Source of the DNA: Candidatus Pacebacteria bacterium GW2011_GWA1_46_10
Lineage (GTDB): Bacteria; Patescibacteriota; Microgenomatia; UBA1400; PJMF01
Assembly: GCA_001002135.1 (NCBI GenBank)
Contig: LCLP01000001.1
Location: 8,417-72,416, forward strand
Direction of reading: 5' to 3'
DNA: 64,000 bases
Part shown: piece by piece, positions 18,488-28,053 of the stretch
Layout: every line of letters begins with the position of its first letter
Position numbering within the stretch: position 1 is the first letter of the stretch
Program-made: the position numbers and the translations under genes
Notes under the pieces: generated by a model
Databases searched by the model: none
Told to the model about the DNA's origin: nothing
What the model saw: only the letters and a program-made list of their open reading frames with translations

Positions 18488-18796
18488 ATGTCATCAGCTA
18501 AAAAATCCGGCGGTTTTCAATCAACCAAATCATTGTTTACGGACTTTAAACTGGCAGACAAGGGCGGCTATATTACCCAAGAATTTCAGGATTATGGGTA
18601 CCGATTGGCTGTGGCTTTGGACGACTTGGAACACAAAAGCTTGTATATCAAAATGGCTAAGGAAGTTGATCGCACGATTTTGGAAAAAGCGCTGGCGTTT
18701 GTCATTGACTCACAAGCAAAAAGTAAGCCGCGCCTATTTATGTGGAAAGTTAAGCAACTCAAAGAAGAACAAAACCGCTACAATGGGAAAAAATGA
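18488..18796 (+). CDS. hypothetical protein
   Basis: 102-aa soluble ORF, 4-nt overlap with the downstream GH3 gene. Confidence 0.4.
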   Translation: MSSAKKSGGFQSTKSLFTDFKLADKGGYITQEFQDYGYRLAVALDDLEHKSLYIKMAKEVDRTILEKALAFVIDSQAKSKPRLFMWKVKQLKEEQNRYNGKK

Positions 18797-19956
18797 AACA
18801 CTTTTCGACCAAATTCTTGATTTTTGTTTTATTGGTGGCGGCGATTTTGTCAGGCTATAACTACTTCAAAAGACCGTTTCTTGCTCGGTTTGGCAACTTA
18901 GAACAACAGTTGGAACTCGTCGAAACCCTGCCTGCGCCAGACCCCATCCAGCTGGCAGTCGATCAGTTAACCACTCGGGAAAAGGTACTTCAACTCATTG
19001 CTTATCCGGTGGTGTTGGAGACGAGCGAAGCGTCTTTGTCGGCCGAATTGGCCTGGATCGAGGCGAATCGCCCGGGGTTTGTGACGTTGTTTGGCAGTAG
19101 CATCGACGCTACTCCTGCCGCCCAATTCGTGCAGTCAACGCGTTTCACGGCTGGCTATTTGCCACTGATTGCGGTGGATCATGAGGGTGGAACGGTACAA
19201 CGGTTGAGTGGCGATGGTTTTACACGCCTGCCCAGTTGGCGGCAGGTTTGTCAGTTAGCCGCGTCAACAAGAAAAGAACTGTTTTCCCGATCAGCTCAAG
19301 AGTTGAGTCAGGTGGGAATCCAGCTTATTTTCTCCCCAGTGGTAGATGTTGCCCGTGACGGTTCGTTCTTGGGGAGCCGCGCTTGCTTAACAGAAGGTGA
19401 GGTAGTGAGCACGGCCACTGATTATATTCAGGAGTTTGCACGGTTTGGCGTTTTGTCAGTCATCAAACACTTTCCCGGTATTGGCTCAGTGACTCGTGAT
19501 CTTCACGACCAATTGGATAGCGTGGAGCTTGAGCCTCGGGATACGATTGTCTTTGACCGACTTTTAGGCACCTTTCCTAATATTGGAGTGATGACTACTC
19601 ACGTGGTTGTACCAGAGAGAACAGCTGGTGTGCCATGTAGTTTAAACGCGGCGTGCTTAGATCGTTTTCCGGCGAATTTTCCGCAAGTGGTGTTATTTAC
19701 GGATGCGCTGGAGATGCGCGCCGCCGGTTTGGTGGAAGGAGAAACCACTCCCAAGACACTGTCAACGGTAGCTACCCAAGCGCTGTTGGCCGGTAATGAT
19801 GTATTAGTGTTTGGTGAAACAATCAGCGCAGAAACTGTGGCAGAGGTGATTGCTGTTTTGGAAGAAAATTATATGGCCAACGAAAACTTCCGGCGACGGG
19901 TGGACGACAGTGTGACAAAGATCCTAAAACTTAAATTACCGCAGGAAGGAGAGTAA
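18793..19956 (+). CDS. glycoside hydrolase family 3 beta-N-acetylhexosaminidase (NagZ-like), N-terminally membrane anchored
   Basis: GH3 motifs 'IAVDHEGGTVQRL' and 'KHFPGIGSVTRDLH' (KHFPGHG-type). N-terminal TM helix. Confidence 0.8.
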   Translation: MKHFSTKFLIFVLLVAAILSGYNYFKRPFLARFGNLEQQLELVETLPAPDPIQLAVDQLTTREKVLQLIAYPVVLETSEASLSAELAWIEANRPGFVTLFGSSIDATPAAQFVQSTRFTAGYLPLIAVDHEGGTVQRLSGDGFTRLPSWRQVCQLAASTRKELFSRSAQELSQVGIQLIFSPVVDVARDGSFLGSRACLTEGEVVSTATDYIQEFARFGVLSVIKHFPGIGSVTRDLHDQLDSVELEPRDTIVFDRLLGTFPNIGVMTTHVVVPERTAGVPCSLNAACLDRFPANFPQVVLFTDALEMRAAGLVEGETTPKTLSTVATQALLAGNDVLVFGETISAETVAEVIAVLEENYMANENFRRRVDDSVTKILKLKLPQEGE

Positions 19957-20448
19957 GTGCGGCAGGCTAGTTTCTGGCAGCGGCTGGGTTTGAAAATCTT
20001 TGTTTTACTCTCTTACGTATCGTTATTTTTTTTCCTCATGCCGCTGAGTTGGCAACTGTTTTGGTTGGTGGTTGGGGTAGTGTGCGGAGTAGTTTTTTTA
20101 TTGGTTGATGAGTTAGTGGGCTTTCGTTGGTACCAAGAAAAGCCAGCAGACTCAACGTTGACCAAGCCGCGTTTTTTAGTTTCTCGTTCACCACTATTTC
20201 TGATTTCTTTGCCGCCGATCGCCCTCATGGTTTTCACCTCTTTTGGCAGTTTCTGGGCGACTGGAGTACTGGGTGGCATGATGTTGTGGTTGTTGTTGGA
20301 GATGGTGGAGTTACGCCGAGACAGTGTGGCATTTGACCGGCGATTTTTACCGACGATCAAAGGACAAGTTTCACCTCAACACATTCAGATGATTCTATTG
20401 AGTGGTTGGGCATTTTTTGTACTCCTACACTTATTGGTTATGATTTAA
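19957..20448 (+). CDS. hypothetical membrane protein (GTG start)
   Basis: Four hydrophobic segments. AGGAGA 6 nt upstream of the GTG. Confidence 0.45.
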   Translation: MRQASFWQRLGLKIFVLLSYVSLFFFLMPLSWQLFWLVVGVVCGVVFLLVDELVGFRWYQEKPADSTLTKPRFLVSRSPLFLISLPPIALMVFTSFGSFWATGVLGGMMLWLLLEMVELRRDSVAFDRRFLPTIKGQVSPQHIQMILLSGWAFFVLLHLLVMI

Positions 20449-20459
20449 GTTCGAAACGT

Positions 20460-21011
20460 ATGGAAGGAAAAGCTAATCAATTGGAAGAGGCAAGGCGCCA
20501 AGAAGTATTGGCGGAAATCGAGGATTGGAGAGCAAAGAACAAAAAAACAGATAGGCCATGGCAGAGCGAGCTAGCTAACTTTCACCTCCTATTACCTGAT
20601 CCTGAAAGTAGTTCAGGTAGTTTTATGACAGATCAATATGAAAGCATGGGTTTTCTAGATAGGCCACATGGCGAGTTCATAACTAATCCTGAGGAGAGAT
20701 CATTGCACAGTGAGCTATTTTTAGGACAAACCCCAAGAGAATTATTTCAAACGATTGACAATGTTATTAAAGACATCTCCTCCGTATCGCTGGTGGAAAT
20801 TCTGAAACTGGTGAGAGAAGAGCGCGCTTATGGAAATACTTTAAACGAGTCTTCTACTTCGTTTGTCGAAATGGATGACAATCACGAGTTAGAGCTTGAA
20901 GCAGCATTTGAAAGAAGTATTATCAAACTTAATGAGTTGAATATGTATGTTATGCCAATTTATATAGTTTTACGGGTGAAGGGTTACACTCATTATGATC
21001 TCACGTCGTAA
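20460..21011 (+). CDS. hypothetical soluble acidic protein
   Basis: ORF open from 20406; the internal Met (MEGKANQLEEARRQEV...) is preferred. No motif recognized. Confidence 0.35.
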   Translation: MEGKANQLEEARRQEVLAEIEDWRAKNKKTDRPWQSELANFHLLLPDPESSSGSFMTDQYESMGFLDRPHGEFITNPEERSLHSELFLGQTPRELFQTIDNVIKDISSVSLVEILKLVREERAYGNTLNESSTSFVEMDDNHELELEAAFERSIIKLNELNMYVMPIYIVLRVKGYTHYDLTS

Positions 21012-21462
21012 TGTTTTCTTTTGGTTAAAAATTATTTTAGGTGTTGGCATTGTTTTTTTATTCTTACTGTTGTTTTTAAGATTGAGAAATAATTTTTCTG
21101 ACCTACGTTCTTTTTCCGACCATTCAATCATTGCTTGGCAACTGGAAAACCAGCCGCTGAAAGTTGAGTTGGTCAACACTCCAGCAAGCATTACTCAGGG
21201 GTTGAGTGGGCGAACTGGACTAGATGGTATTGACGGTATGTTGTTTGTTTTTGACCAACCGGCTATTAGAACTTTTTGGATGAAAGGGATGGCAATGCCA
21301 ATCGATATTATTTGGCTTTACCAGGGAAAAGTTGTCGGTATCGAGCGTAATGTTCAGCCACCGCCTGAAGGGACTACAGACCAAGCATTAGAGCGATATC
21401 TGGCGCCACAGGTGGTGGACATGGTTTTGGAAACAGCACCTGGCAGGTTATCTTTACCTTAA
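20995..21462 (+). CDS. DUF192 (COG1430) family protein, N-terminally anchored
   Basis: 'LTQGLSGRTGLDGIDGMLFVFDQPAIRTFWMKGMAMPIDIIWL' matches the conserved core of DUF192. Confidence 0.7.
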   Translation: MISRRNVFFWLKIILGVGIVFLFLLLFLRLRNNFSDLRSFSDHSIIAWQLENQPLKVELVNTPASITQGLSGRTGLDGIDGMLFVFDQPAIRTFWMKGMAMPIDIIWLYQGKVVGIERNVQPPPEGTTDQALERYLAPQVVDMVLETAPGRLSLP

Positions 21463-21482
21463 CTCCCAGGCTCTTTTTTCTC

Positions 21483-22220
21483 TTGGGCAAACACAGTATT
21501 ATACGTACTGTGTCTGATACGCTTGCCCAACCGGCTACTGGCTTGGCTCATCGTCTAGTTGGTGACCCCAACTCGATGATTGGGGCGCTGATTAAGCGTG
21601 GCCTAACCGGTCAGGCAGTAACCTCTCAAGTTCAGCCTGGTGTTAATTCTTCTCCTCACGCAACTGCTCGCACAACTCCTGCTCTTGACACACTCGAACA
21701 AGTCTTGACTGAAGTAGAACAAACGAGTCAACAGCCGGTTGTCGACACGACAGGTGAAGGAGTGATGTCTCAGGTGATGCCGCAAGTGATGACACAGACT
21801 GCTGACTCACTTGATCCTCACAAACCGATGGTGGCCACCACGCAAAAAGAAAAAGTGGCGCCGGCGACTACCCTTGAACAGGTGGCGGTTGACGCGGTTG
21901 GCGGGGTGCAGCAAGTTGAAGTGGAACCCACGCCGGAGATCCCGCCGGAGGTTGAGAGCTATTTACAAAAAGTTGAGGAGCAACCAGAAACTGCTCCCAA
22001 AGAAATTGTGGTGGCCGATGGAATGCCAACCGCGCCAACCGATCACCAATACCCCGCCCAGCCCGTGGTAGTTTTGCCAATTACTCAAGCGGAAGAGCAG
22101 GCCGGCGCCAAGAAAAGTCCAAAGTTTAGTATTAGGTGGTTGGTGGAATGGAGTCGTAAGCTCATGAAAATGTTTGTGGGCAAAGTGATTTATCGGTCAG
22201 TGGAAGGGAGTGCTGCGTAA
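21483..22220 (+). CDS. low-complexity Pro/Gln/Val/Thr-rich protein with an amphipathic C-terminus, translationally coupled to the T4SS ATPase
   Basis: Disordered composition. The stop codon overlaps the start codon of the downstream ATPase (22220). Confidence 0.45.
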   Translation: MGKHSIIRTVSDTLAQPATGLAHRLVGDPNSMIGALIKRGLTGQAVTSQVQPGVNSSPHATARTTPALDTLEQVLTEVEQTSQQPVVDTTGEGVMSQVMPQVMTQTADSLDPHKPMVATTQKEKVAPATTLEQVAVDAVGGVQQVEVEPTPEIPPEVESYLQKVEEQPETAPKEIVVADGMPTAPTDHQYPAQPVVVLPITQAEEQAGAKKSPKFSIRWLVEWSRKLMKMFVGKVIYRSVEGSAA

Positions 22221-24556
22221 TGTTTTTGGAATCGCAGGGTTTTATCACCAGTGTTTCTTTGTTTTTTGCCAATCTTTTTTTATGGCTAGGGATGATTGGT
22301 GTCGCTCTGGTGCTTGGTTACCTGTTACTCCAATGGCTTAAGTATCGCAACCGCGAAGGGTATTCGCTAGATTTCGTGACACTGTTGGTACGCTTGCCGA
22401 AAGACAACGAAATTAAAGTTGACGCGGCCGAACAAATGTTTGCGGGGTTGTACGCCTTAAAACACCACGGCTTTTTCTCGTTTTTGAAGGCAGAGGAACT
22501 GATTAGTTTCGAAATTGTTGGTCTCAAAGAGGAGATTGCTTTCTATGTCAGTTGTCCAAGGAGAGTACGCGACTTGGTGGAAAAACAAATCCATGGTGCC
22601 TATCCTACCGCCGACATCAAAGAAACCGACGAGGTCAATATTTTCAGTGAAAAAGGCCGAGTGGCGTTTGCCTCACTGCGCCTTAAGCAGGCTAAATACT
22701 TGCCGGTTAAAACATATAAAGACTTGCCGACCGATGGTTTATCGCTGATCACGTCCGCTTTTTCCAAAATGGGCGACGGCGAAGGAGCGATTCTGCAAAT
22801 TCTGATTCACCCAGAGAGTCAAGGGTGGCAGCGCAAGGGCAGAAATTACATGAAGGAAGAGAAGAAACGTGAAGCCGACCCGCAAAAGGCTACCTATGGT
22901 CATGATCCCAAAGAAATGGAGGCTGTGACGACTAAGGTAGAAAAACCAGGCTTTCGAACCTCGATCAGAGTCGTGGTTTCCTCACCGCAAGTGGCAATGG
23001 CACAGTCGCACCTCAATAATATTGTGGGCGCTTTTTCGCAGTTTACTTCCGCGTATAACGAGTTTTGGCGCACGCGTTTCTATATCAAACATCTGTTTAT
23101 GGTTGATTTTATTTACCGCTACATGCCGCTTTTCGGCTGGCGGACATCGATTTTGAATACGGAAGAGTTGGCCACCATTTTTCACTTTCCCAACAAAACT
23201 GTTGAGACACACCATATCAAGTGGTTGATTGCCAAAAACGCACCGGCGCCCCACCAAGTTCCACAAGAAGGATTGTTCCTTGGTAAATCACTCTACCGAG
23301 GAGAGGTGCGCGAGGTGCACATGACTCTTAAAGACCGCCAACGCCATATGTACATTGTTGGGAAAACCGGCACTGGTAAATCAGAATTCTTGAAAGAAAT
23401 GGTCTTGCAGGATATTGCCAATGGTGAGGGGGTGTGTGCGGTGGATCCGCATGGCGAGTTTGTGGAAGAAGTGTTGCAGTTGATCCCACCGGAGCGCGCG
23501 GAGGATGTCATTTACTTTAACCCCTCTGACCTCACGCGGCCAATGGGGCTCAATATGATGGAGGCGGATACGGAAGAGCAAAAGCATTTTGTGGTCAGTT
23601 CAATTATTGGTTTGATGTACAAGCTGTATGATCCCCACCGCACCGGCATTATTGGGCCACGATTCGAGCACGCCATCCGGAATGCGATGTTGACCATTAT
23701 GTCCAAAGAAGGCTCGACATTTATCGAGCTGGTGCGGACCTTGACTGACCCCAAGTTTGTCGAGGAGATGCTGCCCTATGTCAAAGACCCGGTGGTGAAA
23801 CGATATTGGACCGATCAGATCGCCCAGACAAGCGATTTCCACAAGTCTGAAGTCTTGGACTACATTGTCTCCAAGTTTGGCCGCTTTGTAACCAACAAAA
23901 CCATGCGTAATATCATTGGTCAACCAAAGAGCGCCTTTAATTTCCGCAAAGCGATGGACGAGAAGAAGATTATTCTCTGTAACCTCTCCAAGGGTATCTT
24001 GGGTGAGGAAGACGCCAAGTTTCTTGGTTTGATCCTAGTACCAAAAGTCCTGACCGCGGCCATGAGTCGCCAGGATGTGCCGATGGATCAACGCACTGAC
24101 TTTTTCCTCTATGTCGACGAGTTTCAGAACTTTGCCACCGAGGATTTTGCCACTATCTTGTCAGAGGCCAGGAAATACAAGCTTAACCTAATTGTGGCTA
24201 ACCAGTTTATCGGCCAGATTGACGAAGAGGTCAAAAACGCGGTGTTTGGCAATGTTGGGACCATTATTTCTTTCCGAGTTGGTGTGACGGATGCCAATTT
24301 CCTTCAGCACGAGTTTACCCCAGTCTTCAACGAAACTGATCTAACCAACGTAGAGAAGTACCACGTTTACGTCAAGACGATCGTGAATAATGAGCCAATG
24401 CCTGCCTTCAGCATGTCGCTGGAGAAAGATATTGATGCCATCAAGGCCAAGATGAACCCCAAGTTGGCCGAGATGGTCAAGCAATTGTCCCGCTTAAAGT
24501 ACGGCAAGGACCGCGAGGTAGTGGAGGCAGAAATTCAGGTTCGGGCGCGGTTGTAA
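22220..24556 (+). CDS. type IV secretion system ATPase of the VirB4/VirD4 (TraC/TraG) P-loop superfamily, N-terminally membrane anchored
   Basis: Long N-terminal hydrophobic hairpin. Walker A 'VGKTGTGKSEFL', 'AVDPHGEF', Walker B 'FFLYVDEFQNFATEDFA', and a C-terminal 'GNVGTIISFRVG' region. 778 aa. Confidence 0.7.
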   Translation: MFLESQGFITSVSLFFANLFLWLGMIGVALVLGYLLLQWLKYRNREGYSLDFVTLLVRLPKDNEIKVDAAEQMFAGLYALKHHGFFSFLKAEELISFEIVGLKEEIAFYVSCPRRVRDLVEKQIHGAYPTADIKETDEVNIFSEKGRVAFASLRLKQAKYLPVKTYKDLPTDGLSLITSAFSKMGDGEGAILQILIHPESQGWQRKGRNYMKEEKKREADPQKATYGHDPKEMEAVTTKVEKPGFRTSIRVVVSSPQVAMAQSHLNNIVGAFSQFTSAYNEFWRTRFYIKHLFMVDFIYRYMPLFGWRTSILNTEELATIFHFPNKTVETHHIKWLIAKNAPAPHQVPQEGLFLGKSLYRGEVREVHMTLKDRQRHMYIVGKTGTGKSEFLKEMVLQDIANGEGVCAVDPHGEFVEEVLQLIPPERAEDVIYFNPSDLTRPMGLNMMEADTEEQKHFVVSSIIGLMYKLYDPHRTGIIGPRFEHAIRNAMLTIMSKEGSTFIELVRTLTDPKFVEEMLPYVKDPVVKRYWTDQIAQTSDFHKSEVLDYIVSKFGRFVTNKTMRNIIGQPKSAFNFRKAMDEKKIILCNLSKGILGEEDAKFLGLILVPKVLTAAMSRQDVPMDQRTDFFLYVDEFQNFATEDFATILSEARKYKLNLIVANQFIGQIDEEVKNAVFGNVGTIISFRVGVTDANFLQHEFTPVFNETDLTNVEKYHVYVKTIVNNEPMPAFSMSLEKDIDAIKAKMNPKLAEMVKQLSRLKYGKDREVVEAEIQVRARL

Positions 24557-24638
24557 ATCTCTCGATTTTTATTCGGTGTTTTTAATGACTAAGGTAGTTC
24601 ATTTTGCGTGATTCTTCGATTTTTTCTCGACTGATGGT

Positions 24639-24986
24639 GTGTTTCAAATGCCATCATCTGCTGAATACACTCGCTATAGTCACTCTCATGAGTTGGAACG
24701 TTACTGGGGAAAAAAAGGAGTGGTTTATTCGATCAGTACGGTTCACCATCCCAGTGCGGGATCAGAGTACCCGGTGAAAGCGCCGGCGGGCTTTGAGGCT
24801 TTGGCTCCATATGACATAGCTTTAATAGAGTTTCCGGATGGGAGTCGCCGCACTTTTATGGCGATGTCTAGTGAAAACTTGCAGACTGGTGACGAAGTGG
24901 AGTGTGTGGTTGGTGCCAATCCGCCGACGAGTGATGGAGCAATTATTCCGTATAAAATCAAAGTCCGCCGTCCGATTTCGTGTTGA
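24639..24986 (+). CDS. hypothetical protein
   Basis: 115-aa ORF with no recognizable motif. Confidence 0.4.
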   Translation: MFQMPSSAEYTRYSHSHELERYWGKKGVVYSISTVHHPSAGSEYPVKAPAGFEALAPYDIALIEFPDGSRRTFMAMSSENLQTGDEVECVVGANPPTSDGAIIPYKIKVRRPISC

Positions 24987-25149
24987 AATACTCCCTTGCT
25001 GAAAATGACACCCGATATCTGCACTGCAAATGCAAGGCAGATTTGAGGGATTGTTCTCACATCAACAACTCTATAAAAAGTAGCTTTTTGCATGATTTTT
25101 GAGATAATACGCGACAAATATCTACCCACTGTAGTGGGTATTTGTTTTT

Positions 25150-25746
25150 ATGCCAAAAGAATATCGGTCGGGCGTTATTGCTGTGCCAAGAACTCAAGCC
25201 GGTGAGATACTACTACTGCCGGTTCAACCTGAAGACGTCAACGGTAAAGATAAGCATGAGTGTGTTGCAGTTGGCAGAAACGAGGAGCCAGCTGGAGCGT
25301 ACGAAAAAATTCGTCCTGAGCAAAGGGGTTTTATTAGTGGCGCTATTAAGAAACCAGCAGATTGGCAAAATGGTATTCAGCAAGTTTTCTCGTCGGCACT
25401 GATTCGTGAGGCTAAGTCTGAATTAGGATTGACGATTTCTCCTGAAGCGATTAGTCCAGAGCCATTAGTCTTGGGACATATCGAGCAACGACGCAGTGGT
25501 GGTGAAGTAAGTTTCCTCGTGTTTCTGTTGGAAGTGACGATTTTCAGTGAGCAGCTTGAGTTTTTAGCAGAGAGAGCAAGAGAGATTAGACAGCAACTTG
25601 GCCTGCCAGCTGAAAAGGCAGAGAGTTTGGTGCGTTTGCTACCGAGTGAGGCGGCCGCATACCTGCAAGAAAATGGCAAGTTACTGCGGCCGGCGGCTCG
25701 TGAAGCGCTAACCAGGTACGCGGCCGCCCAGAATCTTTCTCTATGA
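25150..25746 (+). CDS. hypothetical protein, possibly a degenerate NUDIX-fold
   Basis: 'GVIAVPRTQAGEILLL' and 'ALIREAKSELGL' loosely resemble the NUDIX beta-strand and Nudix box (REx2EExG). The box is incomplete. Confidence 0.35.
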   Translation: MPKEYRSGVIAVPRTQAGEILLLPVQPEDVNGKDKHECVAVGRNEEPAGAYEKIRPEQRGFISGAIKKPADWQNGIQQVFSSALIREAKSELGLTISPEAISPEPLVLGHIEQRRSGGEVSFLVFLLEVTIFSEQLEFLAERAREIRQQLGLPAEKAESLVRLLPSEAAAYLQENGKLLRPAAREALTRYAAAQNLSL

Positions 25747-26546
25747 GAAAAAAGCCAATTACTCTCATTAAACTGGGTGGTTCAATCATCACTGATAAAG
25801 ACAGACCAATGTCAGTGAAGAGTAGCCGTTTGACTGCGTTAGTCAAGCAAATCAGGCGGGCGATGAAGGAGAAACCTGGTAAACAGTTCATTATTGGCCA
25901 CGGCTCTGGCAGTTTCGGTCATGTCCCAGCTAAACAGTACAAAACACTTGATGGTTTTGTGAATGGTCAAAGCCGACTAGGGATGGCGGTCGTACAGGAT
26001 GCGGCCGCTCAGCTTAACCGTCTGGTGGTGGCTGAATGCATCAAACATGGTATACCAGCAGTGACGTTTGCCCCTAGTAACACCCTGATTGTTGACAGTC
26101 GTCACGAAAAAGAAAATTTTTTTCAACTGCTTGAGTCATATTTGGCAAAAGGAATGCTTCCCATCACGTATGGTGATGTGGTGGTTGACCTTAAACAAGG
26201 TTGCACCGTGTGGTCTACCGAAGAGGTGTTTGCGCAGTTGGCTGGATGGTTGAGTAGGAAAGGGTATGCGGTTGACTCGGTTGTTCACGTGACACAAGTG
26301 GCTGGTTTTTTGGCTGAAAAGGGGAAAGTTATTCCGGAAATTACGGCCAAAACTTGGCCGGCGCTCAAGAAACATCTCTATAAAACCAAGGGTTTTGACG
26401 TCACCGGTGGGATGACGCTCAAGATTGAGGCCTCACTCAAACTGGCGGAAAAAGGGGTTAAATCAGTGATTTTATCAGGGGTCGCTGCTGATCATCTCTA
26501 CAGGTACTTGGTTGACAAAGCTTGGGTTGGGACAATGGTGGTTTGA
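25743..26546 (+). CDS. isopentenyl phosphate kinase-like amino-acid-kinase family protein
   Basis: N-terminus 'ITLIKLGGSIITDKD' and 'IIGHGSGSFGH' match the IPK / aspartokinase-fold signature. 267 aa. Confidence 0.65.
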   Translation: MRKKPITLIKLGGSIITDKDRPMSVKSSRLTALVKQIRRAMKEKPGKQFIIGHGSGSFGHVPAKQYKTLDGFVNGQSRLGMAVVQDAAAQLNRLVVAECIKHGIPAVTFAPSNTLIVDSRHEKENFFQLLESYLAKGMLPITYGDVVVDLKQGCTVWSTEEVFAQLAGWLSRKGYAVDSVVHVTQVAGFLAEKGKVIPEITAKTWPALKKHLYKTKGFDVTGGMTLKIEASLKLAEKGVKSVILSGVAADHLYRYLVDKAWVGTMVV

Positions 26547-26552
26547 AAAAAC

Positions 26553-26945
26553 TTACCTCTTTTTATACTCTCTGATTTTTGTCCAAATACTCCCCTTCAA
26601 CTCATCAACTGAGGAGAGGCGTTCTTCGTTTTTATGTCTGATGTAAACGATAGGCAAATGAGGGAACTCTTTGGCTTTTCTGATTTGATTTCTCCTGGTA
26701 GAAGTGATAGCGATCGGCATTTCTTGGTCTGGGAGTTTAATTAAAAAGTGGGCTTCTTGTTGGCCTGATGCTGAGTCAGCACTCACTCTTTCCCAACCGG
26801 TGATCGCTCCTTCCGCGACAAGACTTTGTAAGGCTTCTTCAAAACGCATGCCATAAATCAGGCTCAACCCTCTCACATCACCTTCTTTTAAGGCTTCTAT
26901 AAATTGCTCGTCCAGGCTTAGTTTCGAGGGGTTTTGTTCTGTCAC
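26553..26945 (-). CDS. hypothetical protein
   Basis: 130-aa soluble ORF. Confidence 0.4.
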   Translation of the reverse strand: MTEQNPSKLSLDEQFIEALKEGDVRGLSLIYGMRFEEALQSLVAEGAITGWERVSADSASGQQEAHFLIKLPDQEMPIAITSTRRNQIRKAKEFPHLPIVYIRHKNEERLSSVDELKGSIWTKIREYKKR

Positions 26946-26985
26946 TCGTTTAGTATATCTTACTTGGTCAATCCTGTTAACAAAC

Positions 26986-27669
26986 CTATACTACCACAAA
27001 CAGGTAGTAGTAATACCCAATCAAACCAGCGAGGCCAAACCAGACTTGGGTATAGGCCCAGCTGCGGATTTTTTCTTTTAAAAGTACAAAAGGAACGAGT
27101 GAGGTTAAAAGAGTTACTGCCAAAACGGCAAAAGTAATGGTTGGAGTAGCAAAAATGATCATCAACAGTGTCAAAGCCAGCAAGCCGGTGGACCACATTA
27201 ACTTGGTGTATTTAGTTTCCCGGTGACCAATTTTGTGGAAACTATCCGCAAAAAGAATAAATAAAACGGCCGCTACATATAACTGCCAGTGGTGTAAGCC
27301 GATCGGTAGAGAGAAAGGCAGGATGTAAATTGGGATGTTGCCTAATCCCTCTAACCGCTCCAACCAGAAGTTTTGTTTTTTCAGGATTGCTTGGAGATTA
27401 ACAACGACGTCTCCTAAGAGCGCCAGCGTGGTGACCAGCGGATAAAAATAAAAAGCCACTCCAGTCAGTAAAGCGGCGTGGGTAGGAAAGGGGCGTTTAT
27501 GTTCCAACCAGTCGTCAAAAGGCATCACCACGTATTGAATAATCAAGACGGAAGTCAGGTGAGCCCAGCCATAAAAACCAAACTTGAAATAAAATAAAAA
27601 CCCGGCCGCTGTTTCGCCGAGATTAACCAAGAAGTGTTTGAGGTCAGTTTTTAGATATTTGCCGTTCAC
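26986..27669 (-). CDS. hypothetical polytopic membrane protein
   Basis: Six or seven hydrophobic segments. No UbiA (NDxxDxxxD) or CDP-OH transferase motif found. Confidence 0.45.
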   Translation of the reverse strand: MNGKYLKTDLKHFLVNLGETAAGFLFYFKFGFYGWAHLTSVLIIQYVVMPFDDWLEHKRPFPTHAALLTGVAFYFYPLVTTLALLGDVVVNLQAILKKQNFWLERLEGLGNIPIYILPFSLPIGLHHWQLYVAAVLFILFADSFHKIGHRETKYTKLMWSTGLLALTLLMIIFATPTITFAVLAVTLLTSLVPFVLLKEKIRSWAYTQVWFGLAGLIGYYYYLFVVV

Positions 27670-27676
27670 CTTGAGT

Positions 27677-27994
27677 TTACTTTCGCTCGTAACTCTCCAC
27701 TACTTGTTTGCAATACAGATATTGACCGTACTCAACCGCTTTTTGTTGGAATGACGGTTCGCTTTCATCAACTTGTACGCTCTCACCGAGCACTTTTTTG
27801 GTCTCTGTCCCGAGTTCTTTCGCTTTTTCGGCCAGGCCACCTAAACTCTCCCGCGCGGTTTGCTGAAGGTCTTGGACCGCTTCTTTTGGCAAGGAGGCAA
27901 CTTCTTCAGCCAGAGAAATGTTGTTGCCTTGAGCGTAGACGTAAACAGCAGTCGCAGCCCCAATGATAGCAATGAGCGCGATGATTTTTTTCAC
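27677..27994 (-). CDS. small secreted or anchored hypothetical protein
   Basis: Signal peptide 'MKKIIALIAIIGAATAVYVYAQG'. Confidence 0.4.
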   Translation of the reverse strand: MKKIIALIAIIGAATAVYVYAQGNNISLAEEVASLPKEAVQDLQQTARESLGGLAEKAKELGTETKKVLGESVQVDESEPSFQQKAVEYGQYLYCKQVVESYERK

Positions 27995-28053
27995 GTTTTG
28001 AGTATAACGGTTTTGACGGGCAGTGGGCAGTTACTCTAAATTTGGAAGTGGAG

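Noticed and set aside
26986-27669. UbiA-type prenyltransferase assignment for the 227-aa membrane protein near the IPK gene
   Set aside because: No NDxxDxxxD or second Asp-rich motif could be found by eye; only hydrophobicity supports it.
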